64,000 bases of DNA from an uncultured Lachnospiraceae bacterium (GCA_964653635.1 CAZZGZ010000001.1:73986-137985), one strand, 5' to 3'; numbered from the stretch's first letter, positions 48,428-59,279 are shown. Translations and numbers: made by a program. The notes: generated from the letters alone by a model not told the origin.

Positions 48428-49900
48428 TAATAATATACAGATAACACCACCTTTACCTTCATTTACAATCCTAGTTAATGTTTTACGCATTTTCTTTTGT
48501 GCATCAAGTGGCATAAAATTTATTTTCAAGTTAATGTTATCACTTACCAAACTAGATAAACTTTTGCCTAATAAATTTGTATCCCAAAGAGCTTCTTTAT
48601 CTTCAAATTTCTCTTGTAAAAAGTTAACCAAATCTGAGCATTGCGGTTCTGTCCCCACCATAGGCGTGATTTCAGTATTAACATCAACTTTAATTAAATG
48701 CAGGCTTGGAGCTGTAGCTCGAATTTTCACCCCAAATTTACTACCCTGTTTAACAAGTTCTGGCTCTGATAGTTCAAACTCTTCCTGTTTAGGTGCAACT
48801 ATGCCATAGCCAGTTTCATTTACTTCATCTAAAGCTGTTTTGATTTTATCATATTCAGTTTTGGCAACTGCTAAATCCTTTATGATGCTAATAAGAGAGA
48901 AATCATCTTTGATATCAAGTCCACATTCATTTGACAACACGTTATAAAATAACCCATCTTTCGGCACTACAGAAAATGTTACAATACCATCACCCATACT
49001 GACATTTGTAAATGTTATTGGATCAAATACTTCACTTTCTGCAAAAACGATATTTTGATTGGTTGCATCACCTATTTTTTCAACACGTCCGGCAAACGTT
49101 TTCATTTCATTCACAATTTCTGATATGACGGGATTTGTAAAATGAAGGGCATTAAGCCATTTTGGCATTTTTATGCGAATACTTTTAAGAGGAAATTGTG
49201 ATAAAATGTTTTCAAAAAGTTTGTCAACATCCTTATCTCCAAGTTCTAGTGCATTTATAGGTATAACTGGGACACCATATTTTTCACTAAGCATGCTTGC
49301 AAGTTTTTTACTTTCATTATTCGTAGGATTTTTACAATTTAAAACTACAACGTATGGTTTCCCACTTTCTTGTAATTGCTTTATAACCTTTTCTTCAGCT
49401 GGAACATAATTATCCCTAGCAATATCTGTCACACTGCCATCTGTTGTTACCATAACAGCAATCGTAGAATGTTCGCTAATCACCTTTTGCGTCCCTAAAG
49501 TAGCAGCTTTTTCAAACGACATCTCTTGCTCACTCCATGGTGTTTTAACAAGTCTTGGTGCTCCGTCTTCACTTACACCCATAGCCTCTGATACAAGATA
49601 TCCAACACAGTCAATCATACGCACCTTTAACTCAACTCCACCTGCGACAGAAATCTTAACTGCTTCATTTGGAACAAAATGTGGTTGAGTTGTCATAACA
49701 GTTTTACCATCGGCACTCTGTGGAAGTTCATCTATAGTACGTTCTTTAGTACTCTTGCTCTCTATATTTGGCAAGACTAATTTTTTCATAAAGTTTGATA
49801 TGAACGTCGACTTGCCTACACGGACAGGACCAACAACGCCAATATATATGTCACCATTGGTTCGAGTTTTTATATCATCATAGATTTCAAATTTATCCAT
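48425..49900 (-). CDS. spoIVA: Stage IV sporulation protein A (spore coat morphogenetic ATPase)
   Basis: MDKFEIYDDIKTRTNGDIYIGVVGPVRVGKSTFI... 491 aa, with the family-typical N-terminus and length. Confidence 0.95.
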   Translation of the reverse strand: MDKFEIYDDIKTRTNGDIYIGVVGPVRVGKSTFISNFMKKLVLPNIESKSTKERTIDELPQSADGKTVMTTQPHFVPNEAVKISVAGGVELKVRMIDCVGYLVSEAMGVSEDGAPRLVKTPWSEQEMSFEKAATLGTQKVISEHSTIAVMVTTDGSVTDIARDNYVPAEEKVIKQLQESGKPYVVVLNCKNPTNNESKKLASMLSEKYGVPVIPINALELGDKDVDKLFENILSQFPLKSIRIKMPKWLNALHFTNPVISEIVNEMKTFAGRVEKIGDATNQNIVFAESEVFDPITFTNVSMGDGIVTFSVVPKDGLFYNVLSNECGLDIKDDFSLISIIKDLAVAKTEYDKIKTALDEVNETGYGIVAPKQEEFELSEPELVKQGSKFGVKIRATAPSLHLIKVDVNTEITPMVGTEPQCSDLVNFLQEKFEDKEALWDTNLLGKSLSSLVSDNINLKINFMPLDAQKKMRKTLTRIVNEGKGGVICILL

Positions 49901-49919
49901 TAATAGCCTCCATCGCTTT

Positions 49920-49949
49920 AATTTATGAACTTGCGGTGTATTTTATGAC
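49920..49949 (-). promoter_or_regulatory. Sigma-E-like promoter candidate for spoIVA
   Basis: On the minus strand, GTCATA - 16 nt - CATAAATT, compared with the sigma-E consensus ATA - 16-18 nt - CATACA-T. Spacing to the RBS is tight. Confidence 0.35.
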
Positions 49950-50103
49950 TATTCACACAAATTTATGCTAAATTTTATACTTATATGGATTAATGATTCT
50001 TTGATAATTTAAGCCCATTTAAAAAAAACTAACATTATGTAGACTATAACTACTTCATCTCACTTTTAATAAATACACTAAAAAAACCGCTAAAAGCGAT
50101 TTT

Positions 50104-50310
50104 TTACGAAAGCAATATCCCTGCATAAACACTAGCGGAAACTATCAGAAATATTGTTGAAATCAAAACTAGTATGTAAATAACTCTTGAAAGCCAGTTA
50201 AACCCACCACAAATTTTTTCTACAAGGTTAAAATTGAAAAGACCTATAAGCCCCCAGTTTAATCCGCCAATGAGTAGTAAAATAAGCGTAATAATATTTA
50301 ATGCTATCAT
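50104..50310 (-). CDS. DUF378-family small membrane protein
   Basis: LLLIGGLNWGLIGLFNFNLV motif, two TM helices, 68 aa. Confidence 0.8.
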   Translation of the reverse strand: MIALNIITLILLLIGGLNWGLIGLFNFNLVEKICGGFNWLSRVIYILVLISTIFLIVSASVYAGILLS

Positions 50311-50640
50311 GTTTACCTCCTGCTCATATGATGTGTAATTTTTTTAAATTTATAAAAATAAATATGAAAAATATATAGACGTTCGTTTTAAGTAAAGCTA
50401 TTTTATAAAGTTTTTCTAAATTAAGTACATCTTTTAGACTTCGTTGCAATTAAAAAGCAAAAAACATTATAATTAAATAAAATAAACTTTCTGTGAAAAC
50501 AAAAAGATAGCTTTACATTTGGATTTTCATAAGTCATCTTAAAACTGCAAAAAAATAATAATGTTATTATAGTGATTTATAATTTTAGTTATGTTTTATA
50601 GTCTTTATCCCTACCCATATATAAGCAAATCAATTAATAA

Positions 50641-50674
50641 AAAAAACGAACTATAAATCTTAGTTCGTTTTTTC
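50641..50674 (-). terminator. Terminator after the Spo0A-C-like gene
   Basis: AACGAACTA - loop - TAGTTCGTT flanked by A-runs and T-runs. Confidence 0.8.
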
Positions 50675-50739
50675 GCTAATCACACAATAGCATAGTCTTT
50701 ACTTATTAGGCATTTAGTCAAATAACCTACTGATAGAAT

Positions 50740-51108
50740 CTATTTAATAAGTTCTATTCGTATATTTTCTGCAACTAATGCAATAAACAACGAATTAGAT
50801 GGTCTATCATATTTACTAGTAAAATTTGTATGCAGTTCTTCGTTGAAGACGTTAAAATCTGTTCTATTAAACGCTGAACTTATTGCATGTCTTATACATC
50901 GTTCAACTAGCATACCAGACTTCACGCCAAAATAATTCGCTACGCTATTATACAGACCATTGGTTATACAATAAATAAGTGATGGCTCTTTTACAACTTT
51001 AGCTATAGCTATCTTCAAAAAGTTATAACCTAAGTGGCAAACGTTGAAACCAAGTTTTATAAGCGTCTTAGCAATTAGCTTATCTAGAGACTTTTCGTCC
51101 TTATCCAT
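50740..51108 (-). CDS. Stand-alone Spo0A C-terminal (DNA-binding) domain-like protein, no receiver domain (122 aa)
   Basis: LIKLGFNVCHLGYNFLKIAIAKVVKEPSLIYCITNGLYNSVANYFGVKSGMLVERCIRHAISSAF...RPSNSLFIALVAENIR parallels Spo0A-C (...HIKGYQYLREAI...[36 protein letters not shown]...KPTNSEFIAMVAD). Start at the ATG at 51108 with an AAAGGAGGG RBS. Confidence 0.75.
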   Translation of the reverse strand: MDKDEKSLDKLIAKTLIKLGFNVCHLGYNFLKIAIAKVVKEPSLIYCITNGLYNSVANYFGVKSGMLVERCIRHAISSAFNRTDFNVFNEELHTNFTSKYDRPSNSLFIALVAENIRIELIK

Positions 51109-51130
51109 ACCTTCCCTCCTTTCGATGTAT

Positions 51131-51159
51131 ATTAAACCACATTTTGAGAAAAAAATCAA
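51131..51159 (-). promoter_or_regulatory. Sigma-A-type promoter of the Spo0A-C-like gene
   Basis: TTGATT - 17 nt (ending TGG) - TTTAAT on the minus strand. Confidence 0.5.
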
Positions 51160-51421
51160 GGGGTTTTTACAAAATTTTTTTATTTTTTACAAAAAAATTT
51201 TCTCAAATCGACATTCTTTGGTAATTTTCTACTTTTTTCAATATTTTTTGACGTTATTTTTATTGCTGATTATACAATTAATGATGCCAAAAAAAACAAA
51301 AATTTCTATTTTAGGAAATTCATTGACATTTATATTAGCGTAAAAATCAACTTTGACATAGTTTTTACTATATACATTTTATTTGATTAAATAAAACTAT
51401 AAGATAATTTAGTAGAAAATG

Positions 51422-52198
51422 TTATTGATCACTAATTAATCCTTTCATTGTTTTAAGAGCATTTTTTTCAAGTCTTGACACTTGGGCTTGAGATATGCCG
51501 ACCTCTTCACTAACTTCTACCTGTGTCTTACCTATATAATACCTAAGAAGTATAATTTCCCTTTCTCTTGGATCAAGCTTTTTGATAGCATCCGCAATAA
51601 CGATATCGTCGAATAAATTTTCTTCACAATTTTTGTTATCAGAAATCTGATTTTCAAGCGATACCTCTTCATCTCCATCACTATATATTGGTTCCGATAA
51701 AGACAAAGTGTCAGATATTGCATCTAATGCAAAAGTAATTTCAGTAAGAGGTATTTCTAAAAACTTGGCAACACTTTCTAAACTAGCCTCTTCGCTTTCT
51801 GTGGATAAAATTTCCCTAGCTCGCAGAGCCTTAAAGGCAACATCCCGCATACTTCGTGGAACTCGAACCGAGTTATTGTCACGAAGATACCTTTTAATTT
51901 CACCCATTATCATAGGCACAGCATAAGTTGAAAATTTTACGTTCAATGTTTCATCGAAATTATCAATAGCCTTCAAAAGTCCAACACATCCAACTTGAAA
52001 CATATCATCAGCCTTGACAGATCGGGAGGAGTACTTTTGTAAAACAGACAAAACTAATCTTAAATTCGCAACTATGAACTCCTCTCTCGAAAATTCATCA
52101 CCTGCTTTTACCTTTTTTAATAGGTCAGCAAGTTCTTCAGCTTTAAGTTTTGGTAATTTAGATGTGTCGACACCAGATATGAAAACACGATTTGACAT
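51422..52198 (-). CDS. sigG: Sporulation sigma factor SigG
   Basis: NRVFISGVDTSKLPKLKAEELADLLKKVKAGDEFSREEFIVANLRLVLSVLQKY. Group-3 sigma regions 2-4. Lies downstream of sigE. ATG at 52198 with an AAGGAAG RBS. Confidence 0.9.
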   Translation of the reverse strand: MSNRVFISGVDTSKLPKLKAEELADLLKKVKAGDEFSREEFIVANLRLVLSVLQKYSSRSVKADDMFQVGCVGLLKAIDNFDETLNVKFSTYAVPMIMGEIKRYLRDNNSVRVPRSMRDVAFKALRAREILSTESEEASLESVAKFLEIPLTEITFALDAISDTLSLSEPIYSDGDEEVSLENQISDNKNCEENLFDDIVIADAIKKLDPREREIILLRYYIGKTQVEVSEEVGISQAQVSRLEKNALKTMKGLISDQ

Positions 52199-52217
52199 AA
52201 TCACTTCCTTATGAAGT

Positions 52218-52247
52218 TATGTTTCCAAATTAAAAAGTTTTCTATGC
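52218..52247 (-). promoter_or_regulatory. Forespore-type (SigF/SigG) promoter candidate for sigG
   Basis: GCATA (52247-52243) - 15 nt - GGAAACATAA (52227-52218) on the minus strand, close to the SigF-type GCATR-15-GG..A.A.T pattern. Confidence 0.5.
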
Positions 52248-52334
52248 AAATTAATTTAATTTCGCTAAAAATAGTGTTTTTTTGACTTTTTTTGTGTTTT
52301 CTACATCTTATAAAATTATTTTAAATAAAACTTA

Positions 52335-53063
52335 TCATTCATTAATGATAGATTTCATGCTCTTACGCATTTTTAGTAAGATTTTCTTTTCTATACGTGA
52401 AATATAACTTTGGCTTATACCCATGATATCAGCCACCTCTTTTTGTGTCTTTTCCTCTTCACCTAAAAGACCAAAACGAAATACTATTATATCTCTCTCC
52501 CTTTTTTCTAATCCATTTAGTATTTCATTAATTATATTTTTATCTACCTTTTCATTTAGTTCTTTAACAGTTTCGTCTTCTCCAACTGTCAAAACATCAG
52601 CAACCACAAGGTCCCCACTTTCACTTTCCCCCGAAAGAGGTTCATCTAAACTAATTTCACACTTTTTTCTATTAACTTTACGAAGTTGCATAAGAATTTC
52701 ATTTTCAATACAACGTGAGGCATAAGTTGCTAATTTAATATTTTTCTCAAGACTATAACTCTTAACAGCCTTAATAAGCCCAATCGCTCCTGCTGAAATT
52801 AGATCATCATTTTCTATACCAACTCCATAAAATCTACTAGCAATATACACCACAAGACGCATATTATGTTCAATCAAAGTATCCCGTGCTTGCTCACTTC
52901 CATCAGCCATTTGCATTAGCAAGTTTTTCTCCTGTTGCTCACTTAAAACTTCAGGCAGACTTCGATCACCAAAAGCAAGTAACACAAGACCATCTACTTT
53001 TTTTAATTCTTGCTTATTTAATCTATTGAAGAACCAAACTCTTAGTTTTGTTAATATATTCAT
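52335..53063 (-). CDS. sigE: Pro-sigma-E sporulation sigma factor
   Basis: N-terminal pro-sequence, then LPEVLSEQQEKNLLMQMADGSEQARDTLIEHNMRLVVYIASRF. Follows spoIIGA. Confidence 0.92.
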   Translation of the reverse strand: MNILTKLRVWFFNRLNKQELKKVDGLVLLAFGDRSLPEVLSEQQEKNLLMQMADGSEQARDTLIEHNMRLVVYIASRFYGVGIENDDLISAGAIGLIKAVKSYSLEKNIKLATYASRCIENEILMQLRKVNRKKCEISLDEPLSGESESGDLVVADVLTVGEDETVKELNEKVDKNIINEILNGLEKRERDIIVFRFGLLGEEEKTQKEVADIMGISQSYISRIEKKILLKMRKSMKSIINE

Positions 53064-53075
53064 ATAAATATCTCC

Positions 53076-53870
53076 TTATATAAAATCTGCATTCAAAAGT
53101 ATCTGACTTGATGTAACTTTTTCAAAATTGTAGAGAGCAAGTCCTAAGCAGGCATCTTTAATTCTGATGTTATGAGCGAATACTTCATCAACAATGAACA
53201 CAAACATTTTCCCGCTTGCACTCGCCCCGCCACAATTAATAAAGTGACCAAAAGTCAAAGAACCAACATTTTCACCATTGAATATTTTACATGCGATTTC
53301 ATCACCAACCAGTTTACTCAATACTGAATGATTTATAATAATTACATTTTTATTTGTCGCTGGATCCTTTAACATGTTACCACTATCCAAATATCCACAA
53401 AAATTAAAGGTTTGTGTGCCATTTTTTATGGTAACATCATATGTGAAAGTTTCAAGCATATGTTTTTTGTAGCGAACCTTTATTATATACAAAATCACAT
53501 AATACAATATAACAGAGCTTAGCATTATTATTATAAAGGATATTTCCCCTAATAAACACTCAATCATATAGGCAAAACCACCATACATAAAGGTTACAAC
53601 CATAAAAACCATAAAATTGATACAAAGTTCTTTGAAATTTTTAGCTTTAAAACATATAATGCTTATCATAAGACCAATACATAATTTACAAATAACCTCA
53701 ATTATTAGTGGTAAATAAAATAGTGGAAAAATTAACGCTAAGACACTCGCACATAAAGAAATAAGAAAAATTAATCTTGCTTTTTGTCTCAAGATTTTTT
53801 CACTAGTTAATAATATCAAAATGTCGATTAATAAATTTTCGATAAGCACATATTCAATAATTATTTCCAT
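53076..53870 (-). CDS. spoIIGA: Sigma-E processing peptidase SpoIIGA
   Basis: Five N-terminal TMs and the aspartic protease motif GYLDSGN. Lies upstream of sigE. Confidence 0.88.
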   Translation of the reverse strand: MEIIIEYVLIENLLIDILILLTSEKILRQKARLIFLISLCASVLALIFPLFYLPLIIEVICKLCIGLMISIICFKAKNFKELCINFMVFMVVTFMYGGFAYMIECLLGEISFIIIMLSSVILYYVILYIIKVRYKKHMLETFTYDVTIKNGTQTFNFCGYLDSGNMLKDPATNKNVIIINHSVLSKLVGDEIACKIFNGENVGSLTFGHFINCGGASASGKMFVFIVDEVFAHNIRIKDACLGLALYNFEKVTSSQILLNADFI

Positions 53871-53911
53871 GCCTAATCACATAATACTAAATAGCAAAAA
53901 ATAATATTAAC

Positions 53912-53945
53912 AAAAAAAAGACAAAATTTTGTTCATTTTGTCTTT
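53912..53945 (-). terminator. Terminator of the obg-yhbY unit
   Basis: AAAGACAAAAT - 7-nt loop - ATTTTGTCTTT plus a U8 run on the minus strand. Confidence 0.85.
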
Positions 53946-54010
53946 TTGTGTTATCAATTTATTTGCTATAACTATAATCTAAAATTAAACAAAATCAAAA
54001 AAAACTACAA

Positions 54011-54046
54011 ATAGTAGTATTATGTGCATAATACTTACTATATCTA
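54011..54046 (-). repeat. AT-rich quasi-palindromic element, copy F (best palindrome)
   Basis: atagtagtattatgtgcataatacttactatatcta. Arms are GTAGTATTATG / CATAATACT(T)AC. Abuts the yhbY stop at 54044-54046. Confidence 0.7.
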
Positions 54047-54337
54047 GAATTTAATGTGCTTAAACTTCTTCTTTGTGCTTCTTTTATAAAGCACCACCAT
54101 GCCACCTATAACCTGAACAATCTCAGCGCCAACTCGCTCCGCAAATAAGTTTGCCACCTCTTTTGCAGAATATTCGCATGAATTAAGAACATGTATTTTT
54201 ACAAGTTCCTTTGAGTTTAAAAGTAAATTCAAATTTTCTATAATAATCTCATTGATACCATCTTTGCCTATTTGCATAACTGGGTCAAGTGCATTTGCAA
54301 GAGCTTTTAAACTTGCTCGTTGTTTAGTTGTTATCAT
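54044..54337 (-). CDS. yhbY: YhbY-family (CRM domain) RNA-binding protein
   Basis: TTKQRASLKALANALDPVMQIGKDGINE...ELVKIHVL are the family-typical motifs. Confidence 0.88.
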   Translation of the reverse strand: MITTKQRASLKALANALDPVMQIGKDGINEIIIENLNLLLNSKELVKIHVLNSCEYSAKEVANLFAERVGAEIVQVIGGMVVLYKRSTKKKFKHIKF

Positions 54338-54339
54338 AA

Positions 54340-55611
<1,272 letters not shown>

Positions 55612-55649
55612 TTATTCTCCTTTTTAATAATTATGAAATTATTCTTAAC

Positions 55650-56297
55650 TTAATTTTTATCAGTTTCCTTAGAGGCATAATAAGTACAAATTTGTCTAAA
55701 CTTACATCCTTCACAATTTGGATTTTTTGATTTACATGTATATCTTCCAAATAACACCATTTGAAAGTGAAGTCTAGACCAATCATTTTCATTGAACAAA
55801 GATTTAAGTTTTAATTCACACACATCTGGCTCATTTGTATTAACTAGCCCTAATCTGTTGGCAACTCTTAGAACATGGGTATCTACTGCTAGTGCATTTC
55901 CTTTAAATGCTTCACTAATTATCACATTTGCAGTTTTTCTTCCAACACCTGACAAGGTAACAAGTTCTTCAATAGTATTAGGCACAACACCACCAAATTT
56001 GTCAATAAGATTTCTGCTCATCTCTCTAATGTTTTTCGCTTTGTTATGATAAAAACCACAAGAATGAATTCGCTCTTCAAGTTCTTGTTGACTCATATTG
56101 ACGAAATCTTCTGGTTTGTTTGCCACTTTAAATAATTCACGTGTCACCATGTTAACTCGCTTGTCGGTACATTGTGCAGACAATATAACTGCTACCAATA
56201 GTTCAAATTCCGAAGAATACTCAAGTTCGCAAACAGGATTTGGTATCAATTCGTTAAAAGTATTTACTATAAAGTCAATGTCTAACTCATCGCTCAT
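55650..56297 (-). CDS. nth: Endonuclease III
   Basis: HhH-GPD region (LVTLSGVGRKTANVI), catalytic Lys/Asp context and the C-terminal 4Fe-4S cluster C-X6-C-X2-C-X5-C (CKSKNPNCEGCKFRQIC). ATG at 56297 with an AAGGAAG RBS. Confidence 0.93.
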   Translation of the reverse strand: MSDELDIDFIVNTFNELIPNPVCELEYSSEFELLVAVILSAQCTDKRVNMVTRELFKVANKPEDFVNMSQQELEERIHSCGFYHNKAKNIREMSRNLIDKFGGVVPNTIEELVTLSGVGRKTANVIISEAFKGNALAVDTHVLRVANRLGLVNTNEPDVCELKLKSLFNENDWSRLHFQMVLFGRYTCKSKNPNCEGCKFRQICTYYASKETDKN

Positions 56298-56327
56298 ATG
56301 CACTTCCTTTGTACATTCAATTTTAAA

Positions 56328-57788
56328 CTACTTCATTAAAGGGAATAGGATGGTGTCACGAATGTTAGGCAAATCGAAAATAAATTGAATGAATCTATCA
56401 ATTCCGAACCCAAGCCCACTCATCGGTGGCATACCATGCTCCATAGCGAGCAAGAAACTTTCATCAATATCCATCGTTTCGTCATCACCCGCTTTTTTTT
56501 CTTCAAGTTGTTCTTCAAGCATTTTTCTTTGAACAATAGGATCAACAAGCTCAGAATATGCTTTAACTAGTTCCGCACCACCAGCCACAACTTGAAAGAC
56601 ATCAATAACTCTATCATCCTCATCATTTCTTCTCGCTAGAGGTATCATAAATGCTGGATAATTGTAAAGTATAGTAGGATTTACAATATTTTCACGTATT
56701 TTTCTTTTATATACAAAATCAATGAGTGTACGAATTGTCTTGCATTCTGCAAGCTCTCCCATAGAAAATATACCATTTCCAACAATTTTACTTTTAAGAA
56801 TCTCTACATCAGTTTCTTTAAGAAAGTCAAACCCCAATATTTCTCTCATTTTTTCCACGTAATTTATTCTTGGCCATTCTCCAGCAAAATCGATTTCTTG
56901 CCCCTGATAATTAATCTTAGTAGTATTTAAAACTTCACTGAGCATTTTAATAATTAGATCATGGAAAAATTTAATATTATCTTCAAAATACCAATAGGCT
57001 ACATACCACTCAACTTGAGTAAACTCTTGCAAATGAGATGGATCCATGCCTTCATTTCTAAAATCTTTACTTACTTCAAACACCCTATCAAAACCACCAG
57101 CCATCGCCTGTTTATTCCAAGTTTCACAAGCTATTCTTAAATTACAATCCATATCAAGGGCATTATGATGAGTATAAAATGGTTTGGCTGAAGCTCCCGA
57201 AACACTAGTTTGAATAATAGGTGTCTCAATTTCAATAAAGCCATTATCCTCTAGGTATCGTCTTAAGAATGATAAAATTTTAGAACGTGTTAAAAATACC
57301 TTACGAGTTTCTTCATTACATATAAGGTCAAGATAGCGTTGACGATATTTTATCTCAGTATCCACAACTCCATGAAATTTTTCGGGTAAAGGTCTCAAAG
57401 CCTTAGATAATAATGTAACCTTTTCAGCTTTAACAGTTATTTCCCCAGTTTGAGTTTCGTATACCTCACCTTCAACCCCAATAAAGTCTCCGATATCTAT
57501 CATTTTTTTATAAAATTCGTAATCTTCTTCAGAAAGCTCATTTCTACCTACTGAAATTTGTATTTTACCTTCAATATCACGTATCTGACAAAAACCAAAT
57601 TTACCCATAATTCTTCTAAAAATCATACGTCCTGCTACCTTAACTTTTTGTCCAAGTTTTTTTCGTGCAGAACATATCGTATCTGTACAATTATAGTTTT
57701 GCTTGTAAACAATATGCCCAGAATTTTTTAAATCTTCAATTTTCTTTCTTCTTACATCCACTTCGTTAGATAGATTTTGTTCAGCCAT
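56328..57788 (-). CDS. lysS: Lysine--tRNA ligase (class II)
   Basis: OB anticodon-binding domain plus class II motifs (RYLDLI, FRNEG, GGLGFGIDR). Confidence 0.95.
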   Translation of the reverse strand: MAEQNLSNEVDVRRKKIEDLKNSGHIVYKQNYNCTDTICSARKKLGQKVKVAGRMIFRRIMGKFGFCQIRDIEGKIQISVGRNELSEEDYEFYKKMIDIGDFIGVEGEVYETQTGEITVKAEKVTLLSKALRPLPEKFHGVVDTEIKYRQRYLDLICNEETRKVFLTRSKILSFLRRYLEDNGFIEIETPIIQTSVSGASAKPFYTHHNALDMDCNLRIACETWNKQAMAGGFDRVFEVSKDFRNEGMDPSHLQEFTQVEWYVAYWYFEDNIKFFHDLIIKMLSEVLNTTKINYQGQEIDFAGEWPRINYVEKMREILGFDFLKETDVEILKSKIVGNGIFSMGELAECKTIRTLIDFVYKRKIRENIVNPTILYNYPAFMIPLARRNDEDDRVIDVFQVVAGGAELVKAYSELVDPIVQRKMLEEQLEEKKAGDDETMDIDESFLLAMEHGMPPMSGLGFGIDRFIQFIFDLPNIRDTILFPLMK

Positions 57789-57850
57789 AATTCCTCCTTG
57801 ATTTTTTATTATAGCATAAACAAATTAATTTTACAATAAAATTACACGTT

Positions 57851-58375
57851 TTAACTTTTCCATGAATAAACTTTCATACAGCGTTTAACTTTATAAACAT
57901 AATTTCTAGTCTCTACAAATGGTATGTCATCGACTGTTAGTTCTACATTCTCATCAAGCCATGATGCTACATTACTAGGTCCAGCGTTATAAGCTGCTAG
58001 TGCAAAATCCAATTGTTCAAAACGTGCAATTAGATATGATAAATAATAACTTCCAAGCTTTATATTATATTTTTCATCGAATAAATTTTCATAAAAGTAC
58101 TCCATTTCAAGCATTTCGCATAACCAACTTGCCGTACGTGGAAGGAGTTGCATTACCCCTACTGCTCCAGCAGACGAAATTACATCTTTATCAAAACCAC
58201 TTTCGACGTTTGCCACTGAAAAAATGATAGCTTTATCAACATTGAATTCTTTTGCATAAATACTTATAACGTCCTTATACCTAATAGGATAAAAATAATC
58301 AAAAAAGAAAAATTCAAAAAATATTAATAAAAAAATCGAAAAAAATGCAAAAATAATACAGAATTTGCTTTTCAT
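57851..58375 (-). CDS. Lytic transglycosylase (SLT domain) with an N-terminal membrane anchor
   Basis: VANVESGFDKDVISSAGAVGVMQL catalytic Glu motif and AYNAGP. Confidence 0.88.
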   Translation of the reverse strand: MKSKFCIIFAFFSIFLLIFFEFFFFDYFYPIRYKDVISIYAKEFNVDKAIIFSVANVESGFDKDVISSAGAVGVMQLLPRTASWLCEMLEMEYFYENLFDEKYNIKLGSYYLSYLIARFEQLDFALAAYNAGPSNVASWLDENVELTVDDIPFVETRNYVYKVKRCMKVYSWKS

Positions 58376-58534
58376 TTAATTATTTTATGTTAATATTTCT
58401 ATTTTTATTTGCATTAAATCAAGTTTTAATTATTATACAAAAACAACGAAAAGGTGAGTTTTTACCATATTTTTATATCAATATTTATGCAATATCCAAA
58501 AAATATAATAAAAAATAACTAAAAAAACTTATGT

Positions 58535-58569
58535 AAAAAATAAAATCGCCTCTCAAATATTGAGATGCG
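58535..58569 (-). terminator. Terminator after the tandem-OB gene
   Basis: CGCATCTCAA - tat - TTGAGAGGCG followed by a U-run on the minus strand. Confidence 0.75.
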
Positions 58570-58589
58570 TAATATATTTAAAACTTAAA

Positions 58590-59279
58590 TTATTTGCCAA
58601 AATTTACATTTTTCTCTTGTTCTTTGGAGATGATCATAACAGTGTCACATGAAATTTCATATGCTTTTCTATCTTCCACCTTACCATCTTCCAAAGTTTT
58701 CTTGTAATCACGTGATTGCATACGCCCTGATAGTTCTATCTTATCTCCAACTTCTAATGAGCCAACGAATTTTGCATTTCTCCCCCAAGCAATACAAGGC
58801 AAATAATCAGATTTATTAGAATTATTGCGATTAACCGCCAGTAAAAAGTCACAAATTTCTCTGCCAAAGGGTGTAGTTCTGACAATAGGCTTTTTACAAA
58901 GATATCCCTTAAGAGTAATACTGTTTTCATATATTTCTTCAATATTTGGCTTAATTTCTTTGACAAAAAAATTAAGTTTCAATCGACTTCTACTATTTTC
59001 AAGTTTATTATAGCTTCTAAATTCACCAATAAGTTTTAAATTCTTATTTAAAATAGAATTGATATCACCATTTTTTAATAATCTTTCTGGAACAGTCAAC
59101 TGTACCATGTCATCTTGTCCTGAAAGTCTCTTTGAGGAGATGCTTAATGTGTAGAATTTTTCGCCATCCCTTTCATGTAATAATTCAGCATCAGACGAAA
59201 TAATGCCAGAAATTTTTGCTATATTATTTTTTTCTAAAATACTCATAAAATTTAAAGTTTTTTCTTGATTTGTTGCCAT
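58590..59279 (-). CDS. Tandem OB-fold SSB-family protein without an acidic C-terminal tail (229 aa)
   Basis: The second half, ITLKGYLCKKPIVRTTPFGREICDFLLAVNR....DYLPCIAWGRNAKFVGSLEVGDKIELSGRMQSRDY, matches the SSB OB pattern. The first half shows a weaker OB pattern (ISGIISSDAELLHERDGEKFYTLSIS...LKLIGEFRSYN). Confidence 0.65.
   Translation of the reverse strand: MATNQEKTLNFMSILEKNNIAKISGIISSDAELLHERDGEKFYTLSISSKRLSGQDDMVQLTVPERLLKNGDINSILNKNLKLIGEFRSYNKLENSRSRLKLNFFVKEIKPNIEEIYENSITLKGYLCKKPIVRTTPFGREICDFLLAVNRNNSNKSDYLPCIAWGRNAKFVGSLEVGDKIELSGRMQSRDYKKTLEDGKVEDRKAYEISCDTVMIISKEQEKNVNFGK

Noticed and set aside
48357-48809. 150-aa plus-strand ORF overlapping the 3' end of spoIVA
   Set aside because: It is antisense to a conserved gene. 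Its N-terminus lies over the terminator and repeat region, and it has no RBS or recognisable motif.
54011-54046. Palindromic element as a dif/Xer site (TTATG/CATAA arms recall dif)
   Set aside because: In dif the arms face the other way (CATAA - 6 bp - TTATG) around a 6-bp core. Here the arms are TTATG - 2 bp - CATAA. There are also at least seven copies, whereas dif is unique.
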